From positions 7,084 through 71,083 of the forward strand of contig CAKQBW010000003.1 of the NCBI GenBank assembly GCA_934216505.1: a stretch of 64,000 nucleotides of DNA. Reading direction: 5' to 3'. A program made the translations under genes and the position numbers. This DNA is from an uncultured Alphaproteobacteria bacterium (lineage in GTDB: Bacteria > Pseudomonadota > Alphaproteobacteria > CAAHEQ01 > UBA3637). Position 1 is the first letter of the stretch; each line of letters opens with the position of its first letter. This document shows positions 45,092-54,893 of the stretch, in pieces. The notes beneath the pieces are model-generated. The model did no database searches. It was not told the origin of the DNA and saw only the letters and a program-made list of their open reading frames with translations.

Positions 45092-47062
45092 TTATATCAA
45101 GTTAGGTTGATTCAATAAACCACACCACCGTTCTACTTCTTCTATATCAAATTCCCCTTTTAACATGTGTTCAATGGCGGCTTCTTTCAATGTACGACCG
45201 TGCAAATCTGTAATCCAATAATTTAACGCCTTTTGGGATTCCCCCCTTAACATCAAATCCAAAAAAGTGGTATCAGGCAGAATAAATTCCGCCACCGCTG
45301 ACCGACCACTCACTCCGTGAAAATCACATTCCTCACACCCAGGACCCCGCAAATAGCATTGTTCCAAAGCAATATCCCCATAGGCTTCACGCAACCGTTG
45401 GACAGAGGGGTGATTTAAACACTCTGTTGCCTTTAAACGGCAATGCGGACACACCCGTGAAAGCAACCGTTGCGCCAACATACCCCGCATAATAGAGGGA
45501 TCCTGTAATTTAAAATCTTCCACCCCAATATCTTTAAGCCGCAGCAACACCGCCGATGCAGTATTGGCGTGAATCGTGGACCACACATTGTGTCCCGAAA
45601 GGGCCCCCCGAAAGGCCAAGTCCGCCGCTGACAAAGTCCGAATTTCCCCAATCATCAACGAATCAGGGTCCGACCGCAACGCCGCCGACAGGGCTTTCGT
45701 AAATTCACGGTCCTTGGCTTCTTCCACCCCAGCGTTTGTCACAGGCATCTGACGGGCCCCAGGAATCGGATATTCGGGCGGGTCTTCCACCGTAATCAAG
45801 TTCGTTTCATAGTTGCGTTCTTTCAACATGGCAATCATGTTGCGTTGCAAGGTGGTGGATTTGCCTGAACCTGTCGGTCCAGATACCATCACAATGCCTG
45901 TGGGTAAAGAGCGCAGGTACCGAAACTGATCAATTTCAAATTGCCCAAAGCCCAAACTTTCAAGTGCTTTGTCCCCCACCGCCGCATTATCATCGGCGTA
46001 CAGCAAACGAATCACCACATAACGTGTTCCAAAGGCGATGGGGTTAAATTGCAACCGCAACCCCAAAACAGACTTTGGCAACACCAAGCGGCCCCCTGAG
46101 CCCCGTAAAGGTGTGCGACCTAATTTTTGAGCCGCCTGATATTCATTTTGCGCATAGTTGGAATCCGAAATATCCGCTGAAGCAAAGGCCGCCCGAACAA
46201 AACTTTCGCCCCATTCTTTGTTATATTCCATTTCCGTTTGCATCAACCCATTCACACGAAACATCACTGTCGTATGGTCCGCCACCACAATATGCACATC
46301 GGACACCCGATTCATGGCGGCCCGAGAAATAACGGTGACAAAGTCCCGTTGCATACGGGTTTGCTTTTGGGATTCTTCTGTACTAATGACCTCAGACGCT
46401 GAATGCACTTGTTCGGCATAATTATAAATGGCCGATAATTCCGCCACCGATACATACTCTGCCTGCCCAATCTGCAACCGCCTTTTTTTGGCCAAGTATT
46501 CAAAGCCCAACACCCGTCCATCAAAGCGATTTTCCGATACCACAAAAAACCGCCCATTGGAAAACAAAGCCAACAATTTGCGTGTTTCATCATTGACAGG
46601 GAAAGCCCCCGTCAGGGAAGTCATACATTCATTTCCATTATCGTACAGGTCTTTTAAAAAGTGAATAGAACTGTGGTCATTGGGGTCCATCTGGGATTCA
46701 GTGGTTGTCTGAGGTTGCGTAAAAGCCGATGGGTCTTCTTCCACTGTCAGTTTTGTTTCAGGGGTAATTTCTTCGGGCACAACCGCTGGCTTTTGTTCCA
46801 CAGGTGGGGGCGTATTTTCATATTCTTTCAGGGTATCCAAAGTTTCAGATAATTTTTTTTGAGGTGCCAAAATATCACTGGCTTGGGCCGTATCCGCCTC
46901 AGGCGTTGGCGTAGGAACAGCCCCCCGCTCCTGTGCCAATTCTGCCTTCTCCTCTGATGGTAAAATGGGTGGCTGAATCGGTGGATTGACCCCGTTCAAT
47001 TCCTCTGTTTGAGAAATTGAGTCCGTTTTTTGCGTCAAACCAACCTTATTTTGCTCATCCAT
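45092..47062 (-). CDS. pilQ: Type IVb pilus assembly ATPase (GspE/PilB family, R64 PilQ-like) with a long N-terminal extension
   Basis: Walker A SGPTGSGKSTT, Asp/His box regions, and a C-terminal tetracysteine (CPHC...CEEC). The N-terminal extension of about 130 aa is Pro/Glu/Thr-rich. Confidence 0.85.
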   Translation of the reverse strand: MDEQNKVGLTQKTDSISQTEELNGVNPPIQPPILPSEEKAELAQERGAVPTPTPEADTAQASDILAPQKKLSETLDTLKEYENTPPPVEQKPAVVPEEITPETKLTVEEDPSAFTQPQTTTESQMDPNDHSSIHFLKDLYDNGNECMTSLTGAFPVNDETRKLLALFSNGRFFVVSENRFDGRVLGFEYLAKKRRLQIGQAEYVSVAELSAIYNYAEQVHSASEVISTEESQKQTRMQRDFVTVISRAAMNRVSDVHIVVADHTTVMFRVNGLMQTEMEYNKEWGESFVRAAFASADISDSNYAQNEYQAAQKLGRTPLRGSGGRLVLPKSVLGLRLQFNPIAFGTRYVVIRLLYADDNAAVGDKALESLGFGQFEIDQFRYLRSLPTGIVMVSGPTGSGKSTTLQRNMIAMLKERNYETNLITVEDPPEYPIPGARQMPVTNAGVEEAKDREFTKALSAALRSDPDSLMIGEIRTLSAADLAFRGALSGHNVWSTIHANTASAVLLRLKDIGVEDFKLQDPSIMRGMLAQRLLSRVCPHCRLKATECLNHPSVQRLREAYGDIALEQCYLRGPGCEECDFHGVSGRSAVAEFILPDTTFLDLMLRGESQKALNYWITDLHGRTLKEAAIEHMLKGEFDIEEVERWCGLLNQPNLI

Positions 47063-47075
47063 TTTCCCGTCCGTT

Positions 47076-47987
47076 TTATTCCTCAGTAATAAACTTGATC
47101 ACATACTCCGCATTATCACGCAAAATAACCACACTGTCTGGGGTAATGCCTGTCACCACTTCCCCTGACAAGTTATCCCCAATACGCACCGTTGAAATCA
47201 CATTATCCGTCAAGTTCTTTACCTTGGCCACCAAATGTCCCCGTGTCCCTTTAACATTCAACAAACTGTATTGGTCATGTTGCGCAATCGGGGCCACATC
47301 TTCTTCAGGAAGAGGCGGGACAAGAGGATTATTTTTGTTGGCTTCTGCTTCGGCTTGCGCCTGTTCTAACTGTTTGCGCAAAGCCTCATTTTGGGCCTTT
47401 TGGTTTTGTAAAGCCTCAGATTCAAGACGAGCTTTATCGGCTTCCTGACGCACTTTTTCGGCTTCCTGCCACCATTGAATACGGGTCCGCACCAACTCTT
47501 CCCGTTTGGCAATTTCATCTAAACGATCTTTGCGGTATTGCGCCCGTGCATTTTCCAATGCATTCGTTGCTTCTTGTTTTTTCAACTGCAACGCCAAAAA
47601 TGCATTGTCCCGTTCCAATTCGGCCATTTCTTGGAACACATCTGTGGTCAAACGCCCCAACAATTGTTCGCTGGGCGCATCATGAATGGAAACAGATTCA
47701 CCCATCGGCTGCGGGCCCGTCATTGTCGTTTCTGAAATGCCTGGGATAGCCGTAAATTCCAAATCCCCCAAAGAAGAACGAGGTGAAAAATCAACCGGCT
47801 TTTTATCCGCCAAGCCCAAATCATTTAAATCCGTTAAAGAATTTAAATCATCTTCAGGGGCTTTTTGTTCGTCCGTTAAGTTGGATTTTGAGCCTAAAGC
47901 CTCGTCCATTTGAACTTCTTGCGCCAAAGCAGGAAGAGCCAAGAAAGAGACCGTAAAAAGTGTTTGAAATAAAATTTTATTTTGCAT
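47076..47987 (-). CDS. pilP: PilP-like pilus biogenesis protein (signal peptide, coiled coil, C-terminal beta domain)
   Basis: Signal ...LPALAQE, then a long Glu/Ala/Gln coiled coil. The C-terminus is L.NVKGTRG.LVAKV.......TVRIGD.LSGEVVTGITPDSVVI. I chose the ATG at 47987, which has an AGGGAAG Shine-Dalgarno sequence. Confidence 0.55.
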   Translation of the reverse strand: MQNKILFQTLFTVSFLALPALAQEVQMDEALGSKSNLTDEQKAPEDDLNSLTDLNDLGLADKKPVDFSPRSSLGDLEFTAIPGISETTMTGPQPMGESVSIHDAPSEQLLGRLTTDVFQEMAELERDNAFLALQLKKQEATNALENARAQYRKDRLDEIAKREELVRTRIQWWQEAEKVRQEADKARLESEALQNQKAQNEALRKQLEQAQAEAEANKNNPLVPPLPEEDVAPIAQHDQYSLLNVKGTRGHLVAKVKNLTDNVISTVRIGDNLSGEVVTGITPDSVVILRDNAEYVIKFITEE

Positions 47988-49323
47988 AGATTCTTCCCTC
48001 ATATTTCCATTTGTTAGTCGCTTCGCCAGACGGCGTATATTCCAGTTTTAATAATTCTAAACCAGAAAACTTTTTAAAAAAGTCCAACCATACTTTGGGA
48101 AAATAAGGCGAGACTATTGTAAATGAATAATAAGTATAGGCCTTTTGATTCGCCGGTCTGGACCCATCGGGCCGATTAGGGGGATCATACAGCGTTTGCC
48201 GTGAGTATTGGATATTACTTTCCAAACCTGTGGCTTTTTGAATTTCCTTTAAATCTTCCCCGATTAAATCCGCCGAAAGTGTGGGTTGAGAAGGCACCAA
48301 AGGAATCTTGGTAAAGGGCATATTGCCTGTGGCACTCGTCCCTGATGCATCAATGTCAATATTAAAATTCATCAACTGATATTGGCCAATCCCAAATTTA
48401 ATCCATGGCAACCGCCCCACTTTTTCATCGGCCAATCGCCATGAAGTGGAAATCCCCTTAGGGGTACAGGTAATCGTTCCCATGGACCACCCTGGGAACA
48501 AAATCGCCCGCACCTGATAGGTATCATACCAACATTGATTCATAAACACCGCCATATCGGGCACTTTTTCCCAAGGCTTAGGCTTTTCTGGTTCAGGACG
48601 GACAGGCGCCAAAACTTGAGGTCGTTCAATTTCTGGACGGGTAAAACCTGAAGTAAAAATATCCTTCCACACCCCCACCAACAAATAAATAACATAGACC
48701 ACCGCCGCCAAAATCAATAAGGCGATTACCAACAAAAATTTGGTGCGACGAACGGCATTTAACTCCTTTAATCGGACACGGCGCACATTTTGAATCAACT
48801 TGACCAAATCTTGTTGTTCTGTTCCCGTGATATTCCATTCTTTGGGAACAATTTTTAAATCCCAATCAGGCACCGCCATCATGGCCGCATAAGCCCGTTG
48901 CGCTTCGGCTTCGTTGGTAAAAACCACATCTTCTTCGGCCAAAATTAAATCGTTTCTGATGGCAACCAACCACCACCCTGCCTCTATTTTAAAGACAGCA
49001 CACACAGAACTGCGATTGGACAAAGCCGACGCCACCGAGGCCGCCAAAGACGGCATGCCTTCTTTATGCCCCCACTCCGTCCGACCAATACCATATTGTG
49101 GCGTTGTAGCGGGACGCAAACAATAAATATCGGCCCCTAATTCACTTTCGGCCGCCTCACGAATCTCCATGATAGGGTCGTCCAAATTCTGCAAAGGTTG
49201 CCACACCAACCCCACTGCATACTTTTGTCCCCCAACAGAAACAACCCCCACCGTGGGGGCTTTGATTTTCGCCCCCGCTTGGGTTGTTTCCAGTTCATCT
49301 ATCAGATTCGTTTTATGCTCCAT
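47977..49323 (-). CDS. pilO: PilO-like (R64 type) pilus biogenesis protein, single TM
   Basis: 448 aa with a central TM segment (FLLVIALLILAAVVYVIYLLV). It sits between the secretin gene and pilP, as in R64/PAPI-1-type clusters. Confidence 0.55.
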   Translation of the reverse strand: MEHKTNLIDELETTQAGAKIKAPTVGVVSVGGQKYAVGLVWQPLQNLDDPIMEIREAAESELGADIYCLRPATTPQYGIGRTEWGHKEGMPSLAASVASALSNRSSVCAVFKIEAGWWLVAIRNDLILAEEDVVFTNEAEAQRAYAAMMAVPDWDLKIVPKEWNITGTEQQDLVKLIQNVRRVRLKELNAVRRTKFLLVIALLILAAVVYVIYLLVGVWKDIFTSGFTRPEIERPQVLAPVRPEPEKPKPWEKVPDMAVFMNQCWYDTYQVRAILFPGWSMGTITCTPKGISTSWRLADEKVGRLPWIKFGIGQYQLMNFNIDIDASGTSATGNMPFTKIPLVPSQPTLSADLIGEDLKEIQKATGLESNIQYSRQTLYDPPNRPDGSRPANQKAYTYYSFTIVSPYFPKVWLDFFKKFSGLELLKLEYTPSGEATNKWKYEGRIYAK

Positions 49324-49335
49324 ACAACTTTCCCT

Positions 49336-50985
49336 TTATATGTTCCGCATTAAAGCCTCAGGCGACAAAGGAGATTGCAAAACCTCAGGTGTCATCGTAA
49401 TCACCAACACATTGCGACTTGTTGCGTCAATGGCACTGCCCCCCAACAGGCCCATCTTCGCCCGGCCAATCCCCGACGTATTGGTGGATTCGCTTAAATC
49501 TTCAAAGCCACTCAGCACCAAAGTTTGGCCCGAACGCATCGCAATTTCTTGGACAAAGCCACGCATCTTCATGGTCGGTAATTGTAGTTTTGTTGTTTCT
49601 GTTTCCGCATCAGTGGAAGAACTACTGCTTGTTCCCGTTTCTGTCCCCGTCTCTGTGTTCTCAGAATTGCTACTGCCTGCGGAACTGGACACAATATTTT
49701 GTGTCTCCATATCCACCAAATCTGTAATGGACAGGTTAAACAAGACAATCAACCGTCCTTGATCCAAAATACGGGGCAAAATTTCCATCGTAAAACCATA
49801 GTTCAACGTATCCACCGAATAATCCGTATCCGTTGTTCTGTCTTCCCCTGACCCCGAAGAACTCACCGTGATTTCTTTCAAGTAGTTTCTAGAAGTTGAA
49901 ATTTGCACAGGCGCCACTTTATTGTTCAAAGTTGTAACCGATGAACTGGTCAAAAGGGCCGTTTTACCTTGTGTAGAAAGGGCTTGGATAACCGCTTTGG
50001 ATTTTTGGAACTTTTTGGGTTTCAACAAAGTCATCGCCAAACTGCCCGTTCCGCTGGTGCCGCCCTCAGCAATCTTGGCCGCCCCTCCAAGTGTTAAATC
50101 CTGTACCCAACTGGAATTAAACGCCGCCGCAATATCCAACCCATAGTTATCAGAATTGTTCAAAGTGACCTGATAAATACGGACAGTAATCGCCACTTGA
50201 CGGGACAATTTTTCGTTCCAATTCGCCACATAGCCCGCTACTTTACGAATAATATAAGGGCTGGCCGTTACGGTAATCGTTCCCGCCACTTTGGAAAAAG
50301 ACAATTTGCCTTTATCGCCCACGACTTGTTTGACCCCTTCTTCAATGCCTTCCCAAACTTTTAAATCCGTACTGACCGACAAGTTAGAGTTTGCGTTCCC
50401 ACCGCCCCCATTGTCGCCCATGGTCGCCCCCGTCATAGACGCCGACAAAGTCGTATCTGTGGGCAAGGCATAAATGGTAAAGACCCGTGTTTCTTGGGTA
50501 AAGAAAGTAATAATCCCATCCTTATACCGCCAATATACATTAAACCGATTGGACAGGTAATTCAATAAACCACTCAACGCCCCTGAATACTTGACGGGGA
50601 CGGTATTTTCGGGCACAGCATTTTCCGCCTTTAAATCATCCAAACGAATGGTGATTCCCGTCATATCAGAAATTTCCTGTAAGATATTGGGTAAAGTCGT
50701 TTGGTCCGAAATAGCCACCGTAATGCCATCTTCTTTTTCCACCCAACTGGGCAAAGGATCCCCTTCAGCAATCTTGGTGCTTTGCGTCCCTAACCAAATA
50801 TCGTTTTGCATACGCACTGTATCCACGGGTTCAGGTAAATCAGGAATTTGAGAGGCTTCCAGATATTCTTCTGTTCGGGCCAAAGTTGTTTCAATACGTT
50901 TATCTACCTCCACAACATGCTCATTACATGCCGCCAAGGTAAAACACCCCATCAACAAGGCCAATGTGAATTTTTTAATGTGCAT
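49336..50985 (-). CDS. pilN: Secretin lipoprotein (R64 PilN family)
   Basis: Lipobox LAAC (MHIKKFTLALLMGCFTLAAC). The C-terminal secretin domain reads ...TLNNKVAPVQIS...GFTMEILPRI...GQTLVLSGFED...LVITMTPEV. I chose the ATG at 50985. Confidence 0.8.
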   Translation of the reverse strand: MHIKKFTLALLMGCFTLAACNEHVVEVDKRIETTLARTEEYLEASQIPDLPEPVDTVRMQNDIWLGTQSTKIAEGDPLPSWVEKEDGITVAISDQTTLPNILQEISDMTGITIRLDDLKAENAVPENTVPVKYSGALSGLLNYLSNRFNVYWRYKDGIITFFTQETRVFTIYALPTDTTLSASMTGATMGDNGGGGNANSNLSVSTDLKVWEGIEEGVKQVVGDKGKLSFSKVAGTITVTASPYIIRKVAGYVANWNEKLSRQVAITVRIYQVTLNNSDNYGLDIAAAFNSSWVQDLTLGGAAKIAEGGTSGTGSLAMTLLKPKKFQKSKAVIQALSTQGKTALLTSSSVTTLNNKVAPVQISTSRNYLKEITVSSSGSGEDRTTDTDYSVDTLNYGFTMEILPRILDQGRLIVLFNLSITDLVDMETQNIVSSSAGSSNSENTETGTETGTSSSSSTDAETETTKLQLPTMKMRGFVQEIAMRSGQTLVLSGFEDLSESTNTSGIGRAKMGLLGGSAIDATSRNVLVITMTPEVLQSPLSPEALMRNI

Positions 50986-51643
50986 TCTCGTCCTCCTGTA
51001 CGCTGATGACCAAAACTTTATTCCCCTTATAAAAAGTCCCAATAGGCGCAGGAACAGCCCGTGCAAAAGTCCGAATAATCGCACTGGATACTTCGGTAAA
51101 GGTTCCACGAAAAACAACCCCCGCTTCCAAAGTATAATCCCTGTCCAACTTCCAAATCAAAGTCCAACCCGACACTTCTGACCATTGAGCCAAAAGGGAC
51201 TTTAATGTTTCCCCCCGGGCGGCTTCCCAATCATGTACCGCATCCCCATAGGCCAACTTTTCATTCAAATCATGGGTGACCCACAAATGGCCATCTTTTC
51301 CCTTTAATTGAGTGGCAATACGGCGGTTGCGTTCGTTGGCTTTCGCCTGAACACTCATCTGACGAGTTACCTTAATCGTCTTATTATTTTGCCCCTCATT
51401 TGGCACCGCATATCCCAAAGGTTGATAGGACGTCTTTACCACCGCAGGTTCCACTTGAATCTGACCACTGACACAATCTGTGCAATCTGCCCCCACAAAC
51501 AAATCGTCCGAAGAATAAAGCATATCGCATTGAGCATTACCCGCCGAACAATCTACATATTGATTGGCTTGGGCCTGTCCCTGTGTCGGTATCAAAGCCA
51601 ACGCCCCCACTAACAAAACAACTTTTTTCATATTTTTGCTCAT
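50975..51643 (-). CDS. pilL: PilL/TcpQ-domain pilus protein
   Basis: Signal peptide, then the C-terminal TcpQ-like block TLKSLLAQWSEVSGWTLIW.LDRDYTLEAGVVF.GTF..........F. Its last 11 nt overlap the secretin gene's start. Confidence 0.6.
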   Translation of the reverse strand: MSKNMKKVVLLVGALALIPTQGQAQANQYVDCSAGNAQCDMLYSSDDLFVGADCTDCVSGQIQVEPAVVKTSYQPLGYAVPNEGQNNKTIKVTRQMSVQAKANERNRRIATQLKGKDGHLWVTHDLNEKLAYGDAVHDWEAARGETLKSLLAQWSEVSGWTLIWKLDRDYTLEAGVVFRGTFTEVSSAIIRTFARAVPAPIGTFYKGNKVLVISVQEDENAH

Positions 51644-51702
51644 GTTTTACTCCCTGTTTAGTTCAAACATACACTGTTTTTTTTGAGAATACAAGTATTT
51701 TT

Positions 51703-52560
51703 TTACCAGCGCAATGTTTTTTGTTTTTTCCTTTCATGTTTTACCATTTCATTGGGGATAATTTCCGTTTGCGTATATCCCAACAAAACCGTATTCACCT
51801 CACGCTCTGTCTTAAAGATGCGAATTTGATGACGCGACACCCCTTGTTCCAAAATAATTTGAATCAACAAGCCCACCCGCTTACTTTGTAAAGGCCAATC
51901 TTCCGAACTTGCCCGAATATCCAAACGATAGCGCGGGTCCTTTAACACCTTTAAAGCAAACGCTTTCACCCACTTTAACGAGTGCGCCGAAAAAGACGCT
52001 TGATTCGGGTAAAAACGAATGCGGACCTCACGGGGAATCGCCCCTTTGATTTCTGAGCCCGATTGCATCGCCTGCAAAACTTCATCTGCTTTTGTGGATT
52101 GTTGAATATAGGGGGTATAGGGGGGGATATCCTCTTCCTCAATCACCATCGGTTGAGGCAACTCGGGCAACGGCGTCAGGAGGGCCTTTTGTATATTCAC
52201 GATATTTTTAGGAGTCGGCGTAAAAACCTTGGTTGTCGTTGAAGGGGACGCCTTCGGGGTCGGGGGTGCCATCTGATCCACCGTTAAAGCATTCTTACCA
52301 AAAATTTCGGCGACAATATCCACTCCTTCGGGAATCTTTTGGACAGGCGTTTCCTGTTTTTGTAGAGGAATTTCAACCGACATCGGGTCCGCAGGTAAAG
52401 TAAAAGTTGGTGTTAAAAAATCGTCCTGAAGCGTCGCCACCGAAAGTGCATTCACAGCGGTCGGTCCTTTTTCATCGGATGCCAAATCCACCGCTTTCCC
52501 AGTCAATGGAAAAAGCAAAACTGACAAAAATACCCAACTGATTTGTCCCCAAACGGTCAT
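51703..52560 (-). CDS. Secreted hypothetical protein, first gene of the pilus cluster
   Basis: Signal peptide (ATG at 52560) and a Pro-rich middle. The C-terminal approx. 90 aa vaguely resemble an OmpA/MotB-like fold. I could not verify this. Confidence 0.4.
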   Translation of the reverse strand: MTVWGQISWVFLSVLLFPLTGKAVDLASDEKGPTAVNALSVATLQDDFLTPTFTLPADPMSVEIPLQKQETPVQKIPEGVDIVAEIFGKNALTVDQMAPPTPKASPSTTTKVFTPTPKNIVNIQKALLTPLPELPQPMVIEEEDIPPYTPYIQQSTKADEVLQAMQSGSEIKGAIPREVRIRFYPNQASFSAHSLKWVKAFALKVLKDPRYRLDIRASSEDWPLQSKRVGLLIQIILEQGVSRHQIRIFKTEREVNTVLLGYTQTEIIPNEMVKHERKKQKTLRW

Positions 52561-52676
52561 TTTTCCCCTAAAAATTTGTTTAAACACTCCTACTCTAAAA
52601 TATAAATTATTGATTGTCAAGTATAAAATGAAAGGAAAATTTGCCTTTTTTTAAATTTTAAGGTAAAATAAAAAAT

Positions 52677-53969
52677 ATGACAAGTCTGTTTGAAGTTTTA
52701 AATCATAAGCCTTTGGCTGAGAAAATGCGCCCACAACAATTAGAACAAGTCGTGGGACAAGATCTTTTATTAGGTGAAAAAGGCCCCTTAAATCGCATGA
52801 TCCAAAACCAAAATTTATCCAGTTTTATTTTATGGGGACCACCAGGGTGTGGCAAAACAACAATTGCCCGCATTTTGGCCGAACAAACAAAACTCCATTT
52901 TGTACAACTGTCCGCTGTTTTTTCGGGGGTTGCCGATTTAAGAAAAGTCTTTGATGAAGCCAAACAACGCCAACTGTCGGGGCAAGGGACTTTATTGTTC
53001 GTTGATGAAATTCACCGTTTTAATCGGGCGCAACAGGATGGCTTTTTACCCTATGTAGAAGATGGCACAATTATCTTGGTCGGCGCTACCACCGAAAACC
53101 CCAGTTTTGAACTCAACGGCGCTTTGCTTTCCCGCTGTAAGGTTTTTGTGCTGAATCGGTTGGATGAAAAAGCCTTAATGACTTTAGCCAAAAGGGCCGA
53201 AGAAATTATGGAAAAACCGCTACCTTTGGACGAAACAGGAAAAAAATACCTATGCACCTTAGCCGATGGCGATGGACGATATTTTATCAATTTAATTGAG
53301 GCGGTGTATCAATATGCGCGTCCCAACGAAATTTTAGACCAAAAAGAACTGGAAATCTTGTTGCAAAAAAGGCTACCTGATTATGATAAAGCCGGAGAAG
53401 GACACTATAATTTAATCTCCGCTTTACATAAATCTTTGCGGGGATCAGACCCTGATGCAGGGTTGTACTGGCTGGCCCGCATGGTGGTCAGTGGAGAGGA
53501 CATGAAATACATCCTGCGTCGCCTCACCCGATTTGCCAGCGAAGATGTGGGCTTGGCGGACCCTCAGGCTTTGGTTCAAGCCATCAATGCGTGGCACAGT
53601 TATGAACGATTGGGGTCGCCTGAAGGCGATTTAGCCGTGGCAGGCTTGGTCGTTTATTTGGCCACAGCCCCCAAATCTATAGGGATTTATCGGGCATGGA
53701 ATCAAGCCGTTCAGGTGGCCCATGAAACAGCGGCGTTGATGCCCCCCAAACATATTTTAAATGCCCCCACAAAATTGATGAATGAGTTGGGCTATAGTCA
53801 AGGCTATCAATACGACCCTGACCTGCCTGACAGTTTTTCGGGTCAAGAATACTTCCCCGATGAAATTGGCCACAGGACTTTTTATGTCCCCGCCGAACGG
53901 GGCTTTGAACGAGAGATTCAAAAACGCTTGGTCTATTGGAACAAGTTAAGAAAGAAAAAACATTCTTGA
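52677..53969 (+). CDS. rarA: Replication-associated recombination protein A (MgsA/RarA AAA+ ATPase)
   Basis: LAEKMRPQ.L..VVGQ, Walker A GPPGCGKTT, VDEIHRFN, and a C-terminal MgsA domain. Confidence 0.92.
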   Translation: MTSLFEVLNHKPLAEKMRPQQLEQVVGQDLLLGEKGPLNRMIQNQNLSSFILWGPPGCGKTTIARILAEQTKLHFVQLSAVFSGVADLRKVFDEAKQRQLSGQGTLLFVDEIHRFNRAQQDGFLPYVEDGTIILVGATTENPSFELNGALLSRCKVFVLNRLDEKALMTLAKRAEEIMEKPLPLDETGKKYLCTLADGDGRYFINLIEAVYQYARPNEILDQKELEILLQKRLPDYDKAGEGHYNLISALHKSLRGSDPDAGLYWLARMVVSGEDMKYILRRLTRFASEDVGLADPQALVQAINAWHSYERLGSPEGDLAVAGLVVYLATAPKSIGIYRAWNQAVQVAHETAALMPPKHILNAPTKLMNELGYSQGYQYDPDLPDSFSGQEYFPDEIGHRTFYVPAERGFEREIQKRLVYWNKLRKKKHS

Positions 53970-54024
53970 AAAAGGATTGGACAGGTCGTTTCCAACAAAT
54001 TTTTCATAGTGCTTTTTAAGCGAA

Positions 54025-54111
54025 CAACAATTGAACTGGCTTAACGCATGGAAAATAAAAGAAAAAGTCGCTATTTTAAGCGACTTGTCCAATTTGGCGG
54101 AGCGTTGTGCA
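54025..54111. repeat. 87-bp direct repeat, copy A (contains a minus-strand terminator hairpin)
   Basis: CAACAATTGAACTGGCTTAACGCATGGAAAATAAAAGAAAAAGTCGC...GACTTGTCCAATTTGGCGGAGCGTTGTGCA. It matches copy B with about 6 mismatches. The inner hairpin is AAGTCGC/GCGACTT, with a T-run on the minus strand. Confidence 0.85.
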
Positions 54112-54131
54112 TAATGAGAACTAATCAAAAA

Positions 54132-54893
54132 TTATTTTGTGGTCTTTTTCAAAAACTCTATAGCATCTTCTGCAGCAACTGTTTTTGATTCAACTGCCAA
54201 AATGGCTTTTGGACAATATTTTTGAACCAACTTCATAAGCTTTTTAAAATCAATTGTTCCATCGTCAAAACCATTGTGCTCATCATTATTTGTGCGGGTT
54301 AATTTTCCATGATTATTGTGTAAATGCATATAACCAATACGATTGTTTAAAGTTTTTACCCAATCATAGACAGACATATCTGAATTGCCATGGGCATGTC
54401 CAACATCTAAACAGGCCTTTAATCTTTTATCATGGACTGCATCAATTTCTTGTATTATGACAGAACTATCCAATTCCAACATATTCTCAATCATCATTGT
54501 AATAGAATCATCTTTATCTGCAAAGAATTCTTGCCAGAATGTGGTTGCTCTTTTCACCCAGTTAGGAATATGTGATGTAAATGGCACATATCCATCATGC
54601 ACAACAATACTATCGCAATTCAATTCTTTGGCTATTTTATAAGCATAGTTAAACCACTTCATAGTTTCTTTTCTAAGGCTTGGCAGTGCAGAACCTAAAT
54701 TTAAATCCCAAAAAGGCGCATGAAGTGATAAACATTTAATATTCTTTGTTTGTTCTTTTTGATATGCAATATGTTTTTTTACATTTTTCAATAAAGGATC
54801 TGCGAATAATTGAAGTTCCATTCCAATCTTTTGACGTTTGACAATCTCAAAAGCTGGTTCAAACTTACCATGATCACATAATCTTATGTCCAT
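54132..54893 (-). CDS. Sugar-phosphate isomerase/epimerase (xylose-isomerase-like TIM barrel)
   Basis: Metal-ligand pattern ...LHAPF..., IVVHDG..., MIENM..., LDVGHA..., HLHNN.... The ATG at 54893 has a GGAGGT Shine-Dalgarno sequence. Confidence 0.65.
   Translation of the reverse strand: MDIRLCDHGKFEPAFEIVKRQKIGMELQLFADPLLKNVKKHIAYQKEQTKNIKCLSLHAPFWDLNLGSALPSLRKETMKWFNYAYKIAKELNCDSIVVHDGYVPFTSHIPNWVKRATTFWQEFFADKDDSITMMIENMLELDSSVIIQEIDAVHDKRLKACLDVGHAHGNSDMSVYDWVKTLNNRIGYMHLHNNHGKLTRTNNDEHNGFDDGTIDFKKLMKLVQKYCPKAILAVESKTVAAEDAIEFLKKTTK

Noticed and set aside
53946-54128. 60-aa minus-strand ORF covering 87-bp repeat copy A
   Set aside because: The sequence is better explained as a non-coding repeat with a terminator hairpin. 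The second copy does not keep the reading frame.
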